Made by a program: the position numbers and the translations under genes | Assembly (NCBI GenBank): GCA_964583565.1 | Contig: CAZOVT010000002.1 | Coordinates: 34,301-98,300 of the forward strand | Reading direction: 5' to 3' | DNA from: an uncultured Coxiellaceae bacterium | GTDB taxonomy: Bacteria; Pseudomonadota; Gammaproteobacteria; DSM-16500 | DNA length: 64,000 nt | Notes under the pieces: generated by a model | Told to the model about the DNA's origin: nothing | What the model saw: only the letters and a program-made list of their open reading frames with translations | Databases searched by the model: none | Shown: piece by piece, positions 10,112 to 18,632 of the stretch | How positions within the stretch are numbered: position 1 is the stretch's first letter | How the letters are laid out: each line of letters starts with the position of its first letter

Positions 10112-13100
10112 TTTACTCAAACAAGATCAACATCAACGAGAATTAGCCCTTAATCCAGCCGCCTCATTTATTGTGCAGGCACCAGCGGGCTCTGGTAAAA
10201 CTGAATTATTAATACAACGATATCTGACATTGTTAAGCAGCGTCAGTAAGCCGGAAGAAATCCTGTCCATCACATTCACTAAAAAAGCGGCGCACGAAAT
10301 GCGGCAGCGGGTAATTCACGCTATCAAATCCGCCCAGAATGAACCAGAACCAGCATCACCTCATGCAAAAAAAACGTGGCTGATTGCAAAAAAAGCGTTA
10401 GAGCGCGATGCGGCACTCAACTGGCAGATTGCAGCCAACCCAAATCAATTAAGAATACAAACCATCGACTCGCTTTGCACCAATTTAACCAAACACTTAC
10501 CTCTTCTTGCGCATTTTGGCGCGCAGCCAGACATTGCTGATAATGCAGATATTCTATATGAAGAAGCGGCAAAAAATGTTTTGTTACATGTTGAAGAAAA
10601 TTATCCGTGGTCAACAGCCATTGCCAATTTACTTTTACATGTCGATAATGATTTGAATAAATTGCTTGAACTATTGGTAGACATGCTAAAACAGCGTGAC
10701 CAATGGCTGCCGTATATTCACATTGATAATCATGCATCAATTAAAGCAGAACTTGAAGGTCAACTTCAGGACATGATTGAAGATACGCTGTCATCTGTAC
10801 AGTCGTTATTACCTGTTGAATTGCACGATGAAATATTACATTTATCTACATTAGCCGCCAGCCAGTTAGCACTTAATCACAAACCCTCGCCTGTCACGGC
10901 ATGCCTCGATATTGAATCTCTCGGCACCTCGGCAAATGAACTCGATAAATGGCGCGGCTTAGCGTCACTTTTGCTAACTGAAGACAAATCAGAAGCTAAA
11001 TGGCGAAAAAAAGTTGACAAAAATACCGGGTTTCCCGCGCCATCAGATAGCAAAAATCCACAAGAAAAGGCTTTATTTAAAGATGCTAAAGATCGGATGA
11101 CCAGCCTGCTTGCCAAATTGGAAAATCATATTGAGTTTAGAGATGCGCTCCACGAGCTAAAATTTATGCCTGATGCAAGATATACAGCCAGGCAATGGGA
11201 CATGCTGACTGCATTATTTCAAGTATTAAAAGTCTGTACTGCCCAGCTGCGCGTGATTTTCCAGCAGCGAGGTATGATAGATTATATTGAAAATGTACAA
11301 GCAGCTATTTCCGCACTCGGCAACGATGAGCATCCTACCGATCTCGCGCTAGCCCTTGATTATCAAATTAAACATATTTTGCTGGATGAATTTCAGGATA
11401 CCTCGCTAACGCAATATAAATTACTTGAAAAACTGGCAGCGGGATGGGAGCCGGATGATGGCCGGACATTATTTATTGTCGGCGATCCTATGCAGTCTAT
11501 TTATCGATTTCGACAAGCTGAAGTCGGGATTTTTATTCGCATGTGGGAAAACGGCATTGGCCATATCAAACTCACCCCATTGACATTATCGGTGAACTTT
11601 CGCTCAACACCCGCTGTCATTCACTGGAATAATGCCTATTTTGAAAAAATTTTTCCAGCGCTTAACTCTATCGCGACAGGATCCGTCACCTATACGCATA
11701 GCACACCGCCCGACAATAAGGAAACCAGCTCATCAAACTCGTTTATCAATATTCAGGGTTTTGTCAATTCACCTGATTCTGTCATGGCAACGGAGATAAC
11801 GAACACCATTTCTCAACTTAAACTGAATTATCCAGATGAATCCATCGCGATTCTTGTACGCTCCCGATCATGCCTTGATGCTATTATTCCTGCGCTTAAA
11901 AAATCTGGCATTACCTATCATGCGGTTGATATAGACCATTTATCGTCCCGGCAAATTATTCAGGATATATTTGCCCTGACGCGCGCCTTACTGCATCCGG
12001 CAGACCGAATCGCCTGGCTCGCTGTTTTACGCGCACCCTGGTGCGGACTGACACTTGATGATTTATATGTGATTGCAAGCGAACATGCCTATCATGATAT
12101 TTTTACCCAGCTAAACTCTCCTGCTGTTATCTCACGCATGAGCAGCGGCGGCCAACAATCTGTGCAGCGTATCCTGCCAGCACTCAGGTGGGCTATTACA
12201 CAGCGGCAACGCTACAGTTTACGCACATGGATAGAAACCGTCTGGCTGCAACTTGGCGGCCCAGCCTGCCTGAAAACACTCGATGAAATGAATGAAATCC
12301 AGACCTATCTTGATTTATTAGGAAACTTTGACATTAAAAATCATGAGGTTAATCTGGAAATATTAAAGAAAAACATTGACCGTCTGTTTGCTGGTACACA
12401 TGGAAATGAAGCTGACGTCCATCTCATGACCATTCATAATGCCAAAGGACTGGAATTTGATACTGTTATCCTCCCCCATCTCGAGTCAAAAACACCTAAT
12501 GATGACAAAAAGCTGCTATTGTGGATGGACAGGCCGCTTTCTAATGATAATAACGCCTTATTATTAGCACCTGTTCATGCAACAGGCGATGAAAATGATC
12601 GATATTACGACTATATAAAGCGGCAACTAAAATTAAAGCTTGATCTCGAAATTGACCGCCTGCTCTATGTTGCCACCACTCGCGCTAAAAAACGCCTGTA
12701 TCTTACTTTTAATCTCACTCAACATGAAGATGGGCATACTCAAATTCCACCAGGTAGTTTCCTGAGTAAGTGCTGGCCGCTATTTAGCAAAGACAGCAGC
12801 CTGCAACTTTCGCATGATCAGCATCAATCTGATCACAACAATCATGCCATATCACCCACGCGCGCCATCAGGCGGCTCACTTCGCAGTGGCAGCACCCGC
12901 TCAACCTGCTGCCGCCAGAGCCCTATTCAGCGCATATCACTTCTGAAGGGTTTCGTTTGCCTGATGATCAAAAGCGTATTGCGGGCATCACAGCCCATAC
13001 CATCTTTCAACAGCTTTCCCAGCACGGCATAACATGGTGGCATAATCAATCTGCTGATAGCCAGTATCACTATATCAGGCGGCTATTATATGCTAATGGC

Positions 13101-13487
13101 ATTATAGATACTGAACTCGATAAAAACATACAACATCTGTCTCGTATCATACAAAATATGACAACCGATGAACGCGCTATCTGGATACTCGACCAGCATC
13201 AGGATGCAAAATCTGAGTATCCATTAACAATGGCAGCAAACAATAAAATAAAATCCATCGTGATTGATAGAACCTTCGTTGACAAGGACAATATCCGCTG
13301 GATTATAGACTATAAAACAGCTATGCCTGAAAAAAATGAAACGCTTGATACATTTTTATCTGAACAGGAAAAAACTCACGCTGAGCAATTAAAAAAATAT
13401 CAGAGCGCATTTTCCATCATTGAAAATCGACCCATTAAGCTAGGATTATATTTTCCAGCACTACCTGCCTGGCGGGAAGTAGCATAA
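10101..13487 (+). CDS. addA: AddA/RecB-like UvrD-family helicase with a C-terminal RecB-type nuclease
   Basis: Walker A QAPAGSGKTELL, SF1 motifs ILLDEFQDTS and IVGDPMQSIYRFRQA, TIHNAKGLEFD and YVATTRAKKRL. The C-terminal nuclease motif is IDRTFVDKDNIRWIIDYKT. Confidence 0.85.
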   Translation: MLPDLLKQDQHQRELALNPAASFIVQAPAGSGKTELLIQRYLTLLSSVSKPEEILSITFTKKAAHEMRQRVIHAIKSAQNEPEPASPHAKKTWLIAKKALERDAALNWQIAANPNQLRIQTIDSLCTNLTKHLPLLAHFGAQPDIADNADILYEEAAKNVLLHVEENYPWSTAIANLLLHVDNDLNKLLELLVDMLKQRDQWLPYIHIDNHASIKAELEGQLQDMIEDTLSSVQSLLPVELHDEILHLSTLAASQLALNHKPSPVTACLDIESLGTSANELDKWRGLASLLLTEDKSEAKWRKKVDKNTGFPAPSDSKNPQEKALFKDAKDRMTSLLAKLENHIEFRDALHELKFMPDARYTARQWDMLTALFQVLKVCTAQLRVIFQQRGMIDYIENVQAAISALGNDEHPTDLALALDYQIKHILLDEFQDTSLTQYKLLEKLAAGWEPDDGRTLFIVGDPMQSIYRFRQAEVGIFIRMWENGIGHIKLTPLTLSVNFRSTPAVIHWNNAYFEKIFPALNSIATGSVTYTHSTPPDNKETSSSNSFINIQGFVNSPDSVMATEITNTISQLKLNYPDESIAILVRSRSCLDAIIPALKKSGITYHAVDIDHLSSRQIIQDIFALTRALLHPADRIAWLAVLRAPWCGLTLDDLYVIASEHAYHDIFTQLNSPAVISRMSSGGQQSVQRILPALRWAITQRQRYSLRTWIETVWLQLGGPACLKTLDEMNEIQTYLDLLGNFDIKNHEVNLEILKKNIDRLFAGTHGNEADVHLMTIHNAKGLEFDTVILPHLESKTPNDDKKLLLWMDRPLSNDNNALLLAPVHATGDENDRYYDYIKRQLKLKLDLEIDRLLYVATTRAKKRLYLTFNLTQHEDGHTQIPPGSFLSKCWPLFSKDSSLQLSHDQHQSDHNNHAISPTRAIRRLTSQWQHPLNLLPPEPYSAHITSEGFRLPDDQKRIAGITAHTIFQQLSQHGITWWHNQSADSQYHYIRRLLYANGIIDTELDKNIQHLSRIIQNMTTDERAIWILDQHQDAKSEYPLTMAANNKIKSIVIDRTFVDKDNIRWIIDYKTAMPEKNETLDTFLSEQEKTHAEQLKKYQSAFSIIENRPIKLGLYFPALPAWREVA

Positions 13488-13519
13488 ACATCTAATAAAA
13501 AATAATAAGGATTAAAATC

Positions 13520-15010
13520 ATGCAAAATCGAGACGTGACCATGATCGATGTACCAACCGAAGCACCCAATCAAGTTATTTGTCGTCTGGCAAAGGAAGCG
13601 GTTCACGCTAAAAATCGTTTCACGCAGAGAGAAAAAATCGATGAATTACGTCAATTTTTATTATCTGGACATTCCGTTGATGCTGATTTATATCGTAATC
13701 CACCCACAGGTATATTAATGGAACAGAATGAAGAAGCAGCCGCGCTGTTTCTTGTTAATCACTTTAATGCCAACCCGTCCTGGATTGCTTATCATTATGC
13801 CCGCCAACAACGTCTTAATGAAGCGTTAGAAATTGCTAACACATATGATGCCGAATTAACGTACAGACTAGCGTACAGACTAGCCATCACTGGTTTTGTC
13901 GATGGAATGAATACAAGCGACGCAAGTCAAGTGGAAATGCTTTTTGATTTTTTAGCTGGCATGGGGAGACAGCATCACTATATAAACACAATCTATGCTG
14001 CTAGAGCACTTGCATCAAAGGGTAATCAGGAGATTATACTCGACCTGACATTATATTACAAAGTTGAAGAATGTCATGCTATTGATATTTATATCTATAG
14101 AAAAGATGCTGCACGGGTGGATAAGATTCTTCAACGTCATCCTAACCTGAGCACTCATGCTGTGCAATTGTATTTAGCGACTGGGCAGATGGAAGAAGCA
14201 AGACAACTTATCCTGGTGAATCATAACGTCGATATCAATCAAGTAATTATTACTGCAACCCTCCTCGCGGAGGATGCACTCGTTGATGAATTACTTGGCA
14301 AGGGGGCTTCGATTAATGAAGCCGTTAAAGGCTATGCTTTTGCAGGCAATATTGATAAGGTAAATACATTGCTTGCTAGCGGGGCCAACCCTCACAGCGC
14401 ATTTAACGGCTTGCTACAGGGAAGACATTCATGGCTAATCGATAATTATTTTTCAAACGAATTTCTTAATAGAGCGTTTAATGATACAAACTTCAATTCA
14501 TTTTCAGCAAAAAAAATGATGGCATTCGTGCAGGATGACAATCACAGAAAAGCTCTCTCTCGAATTAGACTACCATGGACGTCTGATGCATACAGTAATT
14601 CAACCTGGCGCCGCAAACTCATGCAAGATTTCTATCTGGATTATGAGCAAGCAACATTTATTCAGTGCCATTCTGATCCAAGGGTAAAAAGAAGTTTTAT
14701 ATATTATTTACACAATCGGCACATGACATTCGAACAAGCGCGCGCGATGATTTTTGGAAAAAATGTCAAAGCATGGTACAAACAAGCCAGCCAGCTATCT
14801 AGCCATGGCCTTTTAAATGATAATATCACTGCATTAGTCGCCAGCTATGCTTACGAATTACCTTTAGATGACGCTGAAACACTGCGAACCAAGATTGCAC
14901 CAACCACTTACAAGCCGACTCTGTTTGCCTCACCAGCATCCAGAGAAAAGCAGCAACCCAATAAGCGACAACAGGAAAACCAGGGTGGCGCGAAGCGGCC
15001 AAAACGTTAA
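13520..15010 (+). CDS. Ankyrin-repeat-like helical-repeat protein with a basic C-terminal tail; function unknown
   Basis: 496 aa with no signal peptide or transmembrane segment. Degenerate ankyrin-type repeats such as ALVDELLGKGASINEAVKGYAFAGNIDKVNTLLASGANPHSAF. The C-terminus REKQQPNKRQQENQGGAKRPKR is lysine/arginine-rich. Start has an AAGGA Shine-Dalgarno sequence. Confidence 0.65.
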   Translation: MQNRDVTMIDVPTEAPNQVICRLAKEAVHAKNRFTQREKIDELRQFLLSGHSVDADLYRNPPTGILMEQNEEAAALFLVNHFNANPSWIAYHYARQQRLNEALEIANTYDAELTYRLAYRLAITGFVDGMNTSDASQVEMLFDFLAGMGRQHHYINTIYAARALASKGNQEIILDLTLYYKVEECHAIDIYIYRKDAARVDKILQRHPNLSTHAVQLYLATGQMEEARQLILVNHNVDINQVIITATLLAEDALVDELLGKGASINEAVKGYAFAGNIDKVNTLLASGANPHSAFNGLLQGRHSWLIDNYFSNEFLNRAFNDTNFNSFSAKKMMAFVQDDNHRKALSRIRLPWTSDAYSNSTWRRKLMQDFYLDYEQATFIQCHSDPRVKRSFIYYLHNRHMTFEQARAMIFGKNVKAWYKQASQLSSHGLLNDNITALVASYAYELPLDDAETLRTKIAPTTYKPTLFASPASREKQQPNKRQQENQGGAKRPKR

Positions 15011-15051
15011 AGCTGGCGTGACAATACTGTCATCCCTGCACTCATGCTGTC

Positions 15052-15071
15052 ATCCCTGCGCAGGCAGGGAT
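15052..15071. terminator. Short GC-rich hairpin between convergent genes; possible weak terminator
   Basis: ATCCCTGC-GCAG-GCAGGGAT, an 8-bp stem with a 4-nt loop. It is preceded by the 12-nt direct repeat TGTCATCCCTGC (15028-15039 and 15049-15060). There is no clear T-tract. Confidence 0.3.
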
Positions 15072-15079
15072 CCAGACAA

Positions 15080-15916
15080 TCAATCATCCAAAAATATATC
15101 CGGCACCACCGGAATAAATTTATGCATGGCATATTTTTTGAAATCCGTCACGCCGCGCAGTTTCAATATTTCTTCATCAATGAAGAAATTACCTGTTACT
15201 GTTTTACTGTCACTAGTAACAATCTCATAAGCCGCATCAGCGACAATCGATGGTTTGCGGCTGGCATGATATAACAGCCTGGAAAAATGAACCGCAACAG
15301 CATCCGTCGCAATCAAGGTTTTGGGCCAAAGTGAATTAACCGCGATTCCCTCTTTTTTAAATTCCTCAGCCATTCCTAATGTGCACATACTCATACCGTA
15401 CTTAGACATCGTATAAGCAAGATGTTTTCTAAACCATTTTGGCCGCATACTAAGAGGCGGGGATAAATTTAAAATATGCGGGTTGGATGATTTTTTTAAG
15501 TGTGGAATACATAACCGCGAACACATGAATGTCGCCCTGACATTGACAGCAAACATCAGGTCAAAACGCTTCATTGTCACCTCTAACGATGATGCCGTGT
15601 TAATTGCACTGGCATTATTAACCAGTATATCAATACCGCCAAATGCGGCTGCCGCCTTTTCAACAGCGTCAGTGACCATCGCTTCATCACGCACATCAAC
15701 CATCAATGGCAGTGCTTTTCCACCCAGCTTTTCAATCTCTTCAGCCACAGAATAGATAGTGCCCTTCAGTGTCGGATGAGGTTCTACTGATTTGGCGGCT
15801 ACCACAATTTTTGCGCCATCTACTGCGCATCGAAGCGCAATTTCACGGCCAATACCACGACTGCAGCCAGTGATAAATACAACTTTATCTTTCAATGTTC
15901 CCTTTGCCATCGCCAT
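15080..15916 (-). CDS. Short-chain dehydrogenase/reductase of the HSDL2-like subfamily
   Basis: Rossmann motif VFITGCSRGIG, an NNAS motif, catalytic YxxxK (YTMSKYG), and the subfamily-typical PHPTLKGTIY...VDVRDE. I moved the start to ATG 15916, which has an AAGGA Shine-Dalgarno sequence and a TAATG overlap with the upstream stop. The N-terminal extension in the ORF track is Cys/Arg-rich and unlikely to be real. Confidence 0.85.
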   Translation of the reverse strand: MAMAKGTLKDKVVFITGCSRGIGREIALRCAVDGAKIVVAAKSVEPHPTLKGTIYSVAEEIEKLGGKALPLMVDVRDEAMVTDAVEKAAAAFGGIDILVNNASAINTASSLEVTMKRFDLMFAVNVRATFMCSRLCIPHLKKSSNPHILNLSPPLSMRPKWFRKHLAYTMSKYGMSMCTLGMAEEFKKEGIAVNSLWPKTLIATDAVAVHFSRLLYHASRKPSIVADAAYEIVTSDSKTVTGNFFIDEEILKLRGVTDFKKYAMHKFIPVVPDIFLDD

Positions 15917-16485
15917 TATCCTTGTATTTGACGCAACATTTGCTGCCCTGCGGCAACATGGTGTGCATACCCGGCACACGGATACATCCGCTTATGCGGT
16001 AACACTATCGATGATTGTATCATCCATCCAGCTTCATCCGTTAAATCATCTATCGTTACCAACGTAATCCTGTAATAACTGGCTGCATCAACATCACTCA
16101 TCACACCACAATCATCATTACCCATATATTCGACTGCATAGTAATACAGGCGGTTTTTTTCAGTCTTGCGGCAGCCATACGTCTGCCACCATCGTGTAGA
16201 GTATGATGCCATATCCCTGACACTTGTTATGGGTATACGACACAGAAGCTGATCCAGTTCCGGGTCAGATTCAATTTGCCTCAAGACCCATTTCATCATT
16301 TGATAACGGTGTACTGCTATCATTGCATCACTTTTTTCTTTAATCAACAGCTGGTTAATCGTAGCCGCGGACAAGCTATACATGATCATTACCTGCGTCA
16401 ATATCAGTGTAAGTGGCAAAATAAAACCAGCCTGCGTGGTAAGTTTATGTTGGTACATATACAAACCATGGTCTGGTTTTTCCAC
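15916..16485 (-). CDS. pilX: PilX-like type IV pilus minor pilin
   Basis: N-terminal hydrophobic segment QAGFILPLTLILTQVMIMYSLSA resembles the PilX_N domain. Size and position after pilW fit the pilVWX order. The start is ambiguous between GTG 16485 and ATG 16458. Confidence 0.5.
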   Translation of the reverse strand: MEKPDHGLYMYQHKLTTQAGFILPLTLILTQVMIMYSLSAATINQLLIKEKSDAMIAVHRYQMMKWVLRQIESDPELDQLLCRIPITSVRDMASYSTRWWQTYGCRKTEKNRLYYYAVEYMGNDDCGVMSDVDAASYYRITLVTIDDLTDEAGWMIQSSIVLPHKRMYPCAGYAHHVAAGQQMLRQIQG

Positions 16486-17160
16486 GTATTTTTATTTCCA
16501 GATCAATATTCACGCCAGCCTTATCCATGTTAAATGTTGCTCTCTCTAATCCCTCGGCCAGATTAACCGCCATGCCGTCAATTGTTTTCAGCTTTAACAT
16601 ATTGCCAGCCAGATAATACAGGTTTGTTTCAAATCGACTGACTTCTGCCCCCGCGGTATATGGGTATTGTAATGGTTCATTCATATAGACAAGCTGGTAG
16701 CTGCCCTCTTTCATGGCCTTCTCTACTTTTATCATTTCTGCGTGCCGGCAATCCGATACAATCAATATCTGGCCTGATTTAAAACGCTGCCCTAAATCAG
16801 TCTCAAGCTCTATTTTACCTGCTGTTGGCGCTAGTATGGTCGCTGCGGGAAAAGAAGCATGCCTCACTGTCATGCCTATATCCGTGAGTTCAACTTTGTT
16901 TGCATGTGTCAGCGTATAATTAGTGTGACTTATCACTGAAAAATCATTTGCGAGCTTTGCACAGCCTATATAACCTGCCTGAGCAATATCACGGCGCAGC
17001 ATGCTGCTAATTGAAGTAAATTGATGCTCGTAATTGCTGATGGATTGCAGCAGTTGATATTGTTTACCTGACATCACATACATAGACCAGACAACACCTG
17101 ACAGCAGCAGACCCAGCATCAGCGCAACCATCATTTCTATCAGTGTGTATCCGCCTACAT
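16445..17160 (-). CDS. pilW: PilW-like type IV pilus minor pilin; start codon unresolved, possibly frameshifted or a pseudogene
   Basis: Canonical prepilin cleavage/methylation motif GG|YTLIEMMVALMLGLLLSGVV, plus the PilW-typical RDIAQAGYIGC. No ATG, GTG or TTG lies in frame between the pilV stop and this motif. The ATG in the TGATG junction (17158-17160) is out of frame by 1 nt and is followed immediately by TAG. Confidence 0.6.
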
Positions 17161-17516
17161 CACCGCTGCAGCACCAGACAGCCTTGTTTGCCTGTCGTAT
17201 TATGCCGACACGATGCGCTGGCTTTACCCCCCCAGGATACAACAATCCGATAGTCTGGATAGGCACCTTGCAGCTCCCCCTGCCCTTGCGGCAGCATGGC
17301 TGCCGTATGCAGCTTCCAGGTCTGGATAAAGGTATTAGTATCATCACGAGCATGCTGCAAAAAATCATCCAGATTAACAAGTTGTTGAGTTGCGGCAGCT
17401 ATATCATAAGATGATTGAGCTGTTTGCAGGCTCGATAGATTCATCATGCCAGCGCTCAGCATGACGATTGATAACAAAGAGAAACTGATTAAAATTTCGA
17501 GGATACTGAAATTCAT
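17160..17516 (-). CDS. pilV: PilV-like type IV pilus minor pilin with a degenerate leader
   Basis: MN|FSILEILISFSLLSIVMLSAG resembles the class III signal and hydrophobic helix but lacks the -1 Gly. The C-terminal Cys pair is C...GKQGC. The ATG overlaps the serC stop as ATGA, and in-frame stops lie immediately upstream. Confidence 0.5.
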   Translation of the reverse strand: MNFSILEILISFSLLSIVMLSAGMMNLSSLQTAQSSYDIAAATQQLVNLDDFLQHARDDTNTFIQTWKLHTAAMLPQGQGELQGAYPDYRIVVSWGGKASASCRHNTTGKQGCLVLQR

Positions 17517-18604
17517 TCTCTATGATTACTTCTGAAGTCATCCATAAAATTAATCAAACGGTCAACGCCTTCCTCCGGCATAGCATTATAGATGCTTGCC
17601 CGCAAGCCGCCGACAATCCGGTGTCCTTTTAAGTTTGTTAAGCCTGCATCCTCTGCTTCTCTCAAAAATTGATCTTGCAGGCTGTCACTTTTCAGCGAGA
17701 AAACCACATTCATCAATGACCGGCTGTCAGGATGCACATAGCAATAATAAAAATCCGGATGTGCGTCGACATAAGCATAAAGCTTGCCGGCTTTACGTTT
17801 GTTTAATTCATAAAATGCTTCCACACCACCATGGCGCTTCATCCAGTCAAACATGAGACCCGCGATATACCAGCTATATGTCGGCGGTGTATTGTAAAAT
17901 GAATGATGTTCAGCATGAGTTTTATAGTGATACAACGTTGGCGTTCCCGGCAGAGGATCTTGCAGCAAATCGTCGCGTACAATCACAATCGTGATACCCG
18001 CCTGGCCGATATTTTTCTGTGCACCGGCATAAATAATGCCATATTTGGTCACATCAATTGGCCGGGACAAAATCATTGATGACATGTCCGCCACCAGAGG
18101 TATCTCACCCGTTTCAGGTATATAATTAAATTCCAGACCACCTATGGTTTCGTTTGGCGTGTAATGAACATAATCCGCATCCTGATGCAGCGTCAAATCA
18201 CGCTGACCCGGCACTGAAACATGGTTATTCTGCTGCACAACCTGACCCACAATGTGAATATCACCATAACGTCTGGCCTCATCAATCGCCTTTTTAGACC
18301 AGATACCTGTATCAAGATAATCGGCCTTTTTCCGGGCACCCAATATGTTCATCGGCACCATGGCAAACTGCGCAGTTGCCCCGCCGGGAATAAATAACAC
18401 ATGATAATTGGCGGGAATCGCCATTAACTCACGCAAATCCTTTTCTGCCTGCCCAGCAACACCTTGAAACTCAGGGCCGCGATGCCCCAGCTCCATAATC
18501 GACATACCCGTGCCTTGCCAGTCCAGAAATTCTGCCTGGGCTTTAAGCATCACTTCTTCTGGAAGCATTGCAGGACCTGCACTAAAATTGTATACTTTTC
18601 GCAT
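17513..18604 (-). CDS. serC: Phosphoserine aminotransferase
   Basis: N-terminus MRKVYNFSAGPAMLPEEV. Class-V aminotransferase over its whole length, with a typical size of about 363 aa. I took the start at the second Met of the ORF. Confidence 0.93.
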   Translation of the reverse strand: MRKVYNFSAGPAMLPEEVMLKAQAEFLDWQGTGMSIMELGHRGPEFQGVAGQAEKDLRELMAIPANYHVLFIPGGATAQFAMVPMNILGARKKADYLDTGIWSKKAIDEARRYGDIHIVGQVVQQNNHVSVPGQRDLTLHQDADYVHYTPNETIGGLEFNYIPETGEIPLVADMSSMILSRPIDVTKYGIIYAGAQKNIGQAGITIVIVRDDLLQDPLPGTPTLYHYKTHAEHHSFYNTPPTYSWYIAGLMFDWMKRHGGVEAFYELNKRKAGKLYAYVDAHPDFYYCYVHPDSRSLMNVVFSLKSDSLQDQFLREAEDAGLTNLKGHRIVGGLRASIYNAMPEEGVDRLINFMDDFRSNHRE

Positions 18605-18632
18605 ATATTTCCTTTTAAAAGGCAAACCGAAT

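Noticed and set aside
13488-13519. PmrA-type tandem TTAATATT boxes upstream of the ankyrin-like gene (and at 58896-58947 and 3621-3751)
   Set aside because: Only loose AT-rich similarity is present, for example TAATAAAAAATAATAAGG. No tandem repeat has the required spacing, so I make no claim.
14868-15274. 120-aa and 76-aa + strand ORFs spanning the ankyrin gene's 3' end and the SDR gene
   Set aside because: They overlap well-supported genes in other frames or on the other strand, and their translations have no features.
16445-17380. The full 311-aa ORF as the PilW coding region
   Set aside because: It would put more than 60 residues ahead of the G|YTLIEM cleavage site and overlap pilV by about 220 nt. 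Prepilin leaders are short. See the frameshift finding instead.
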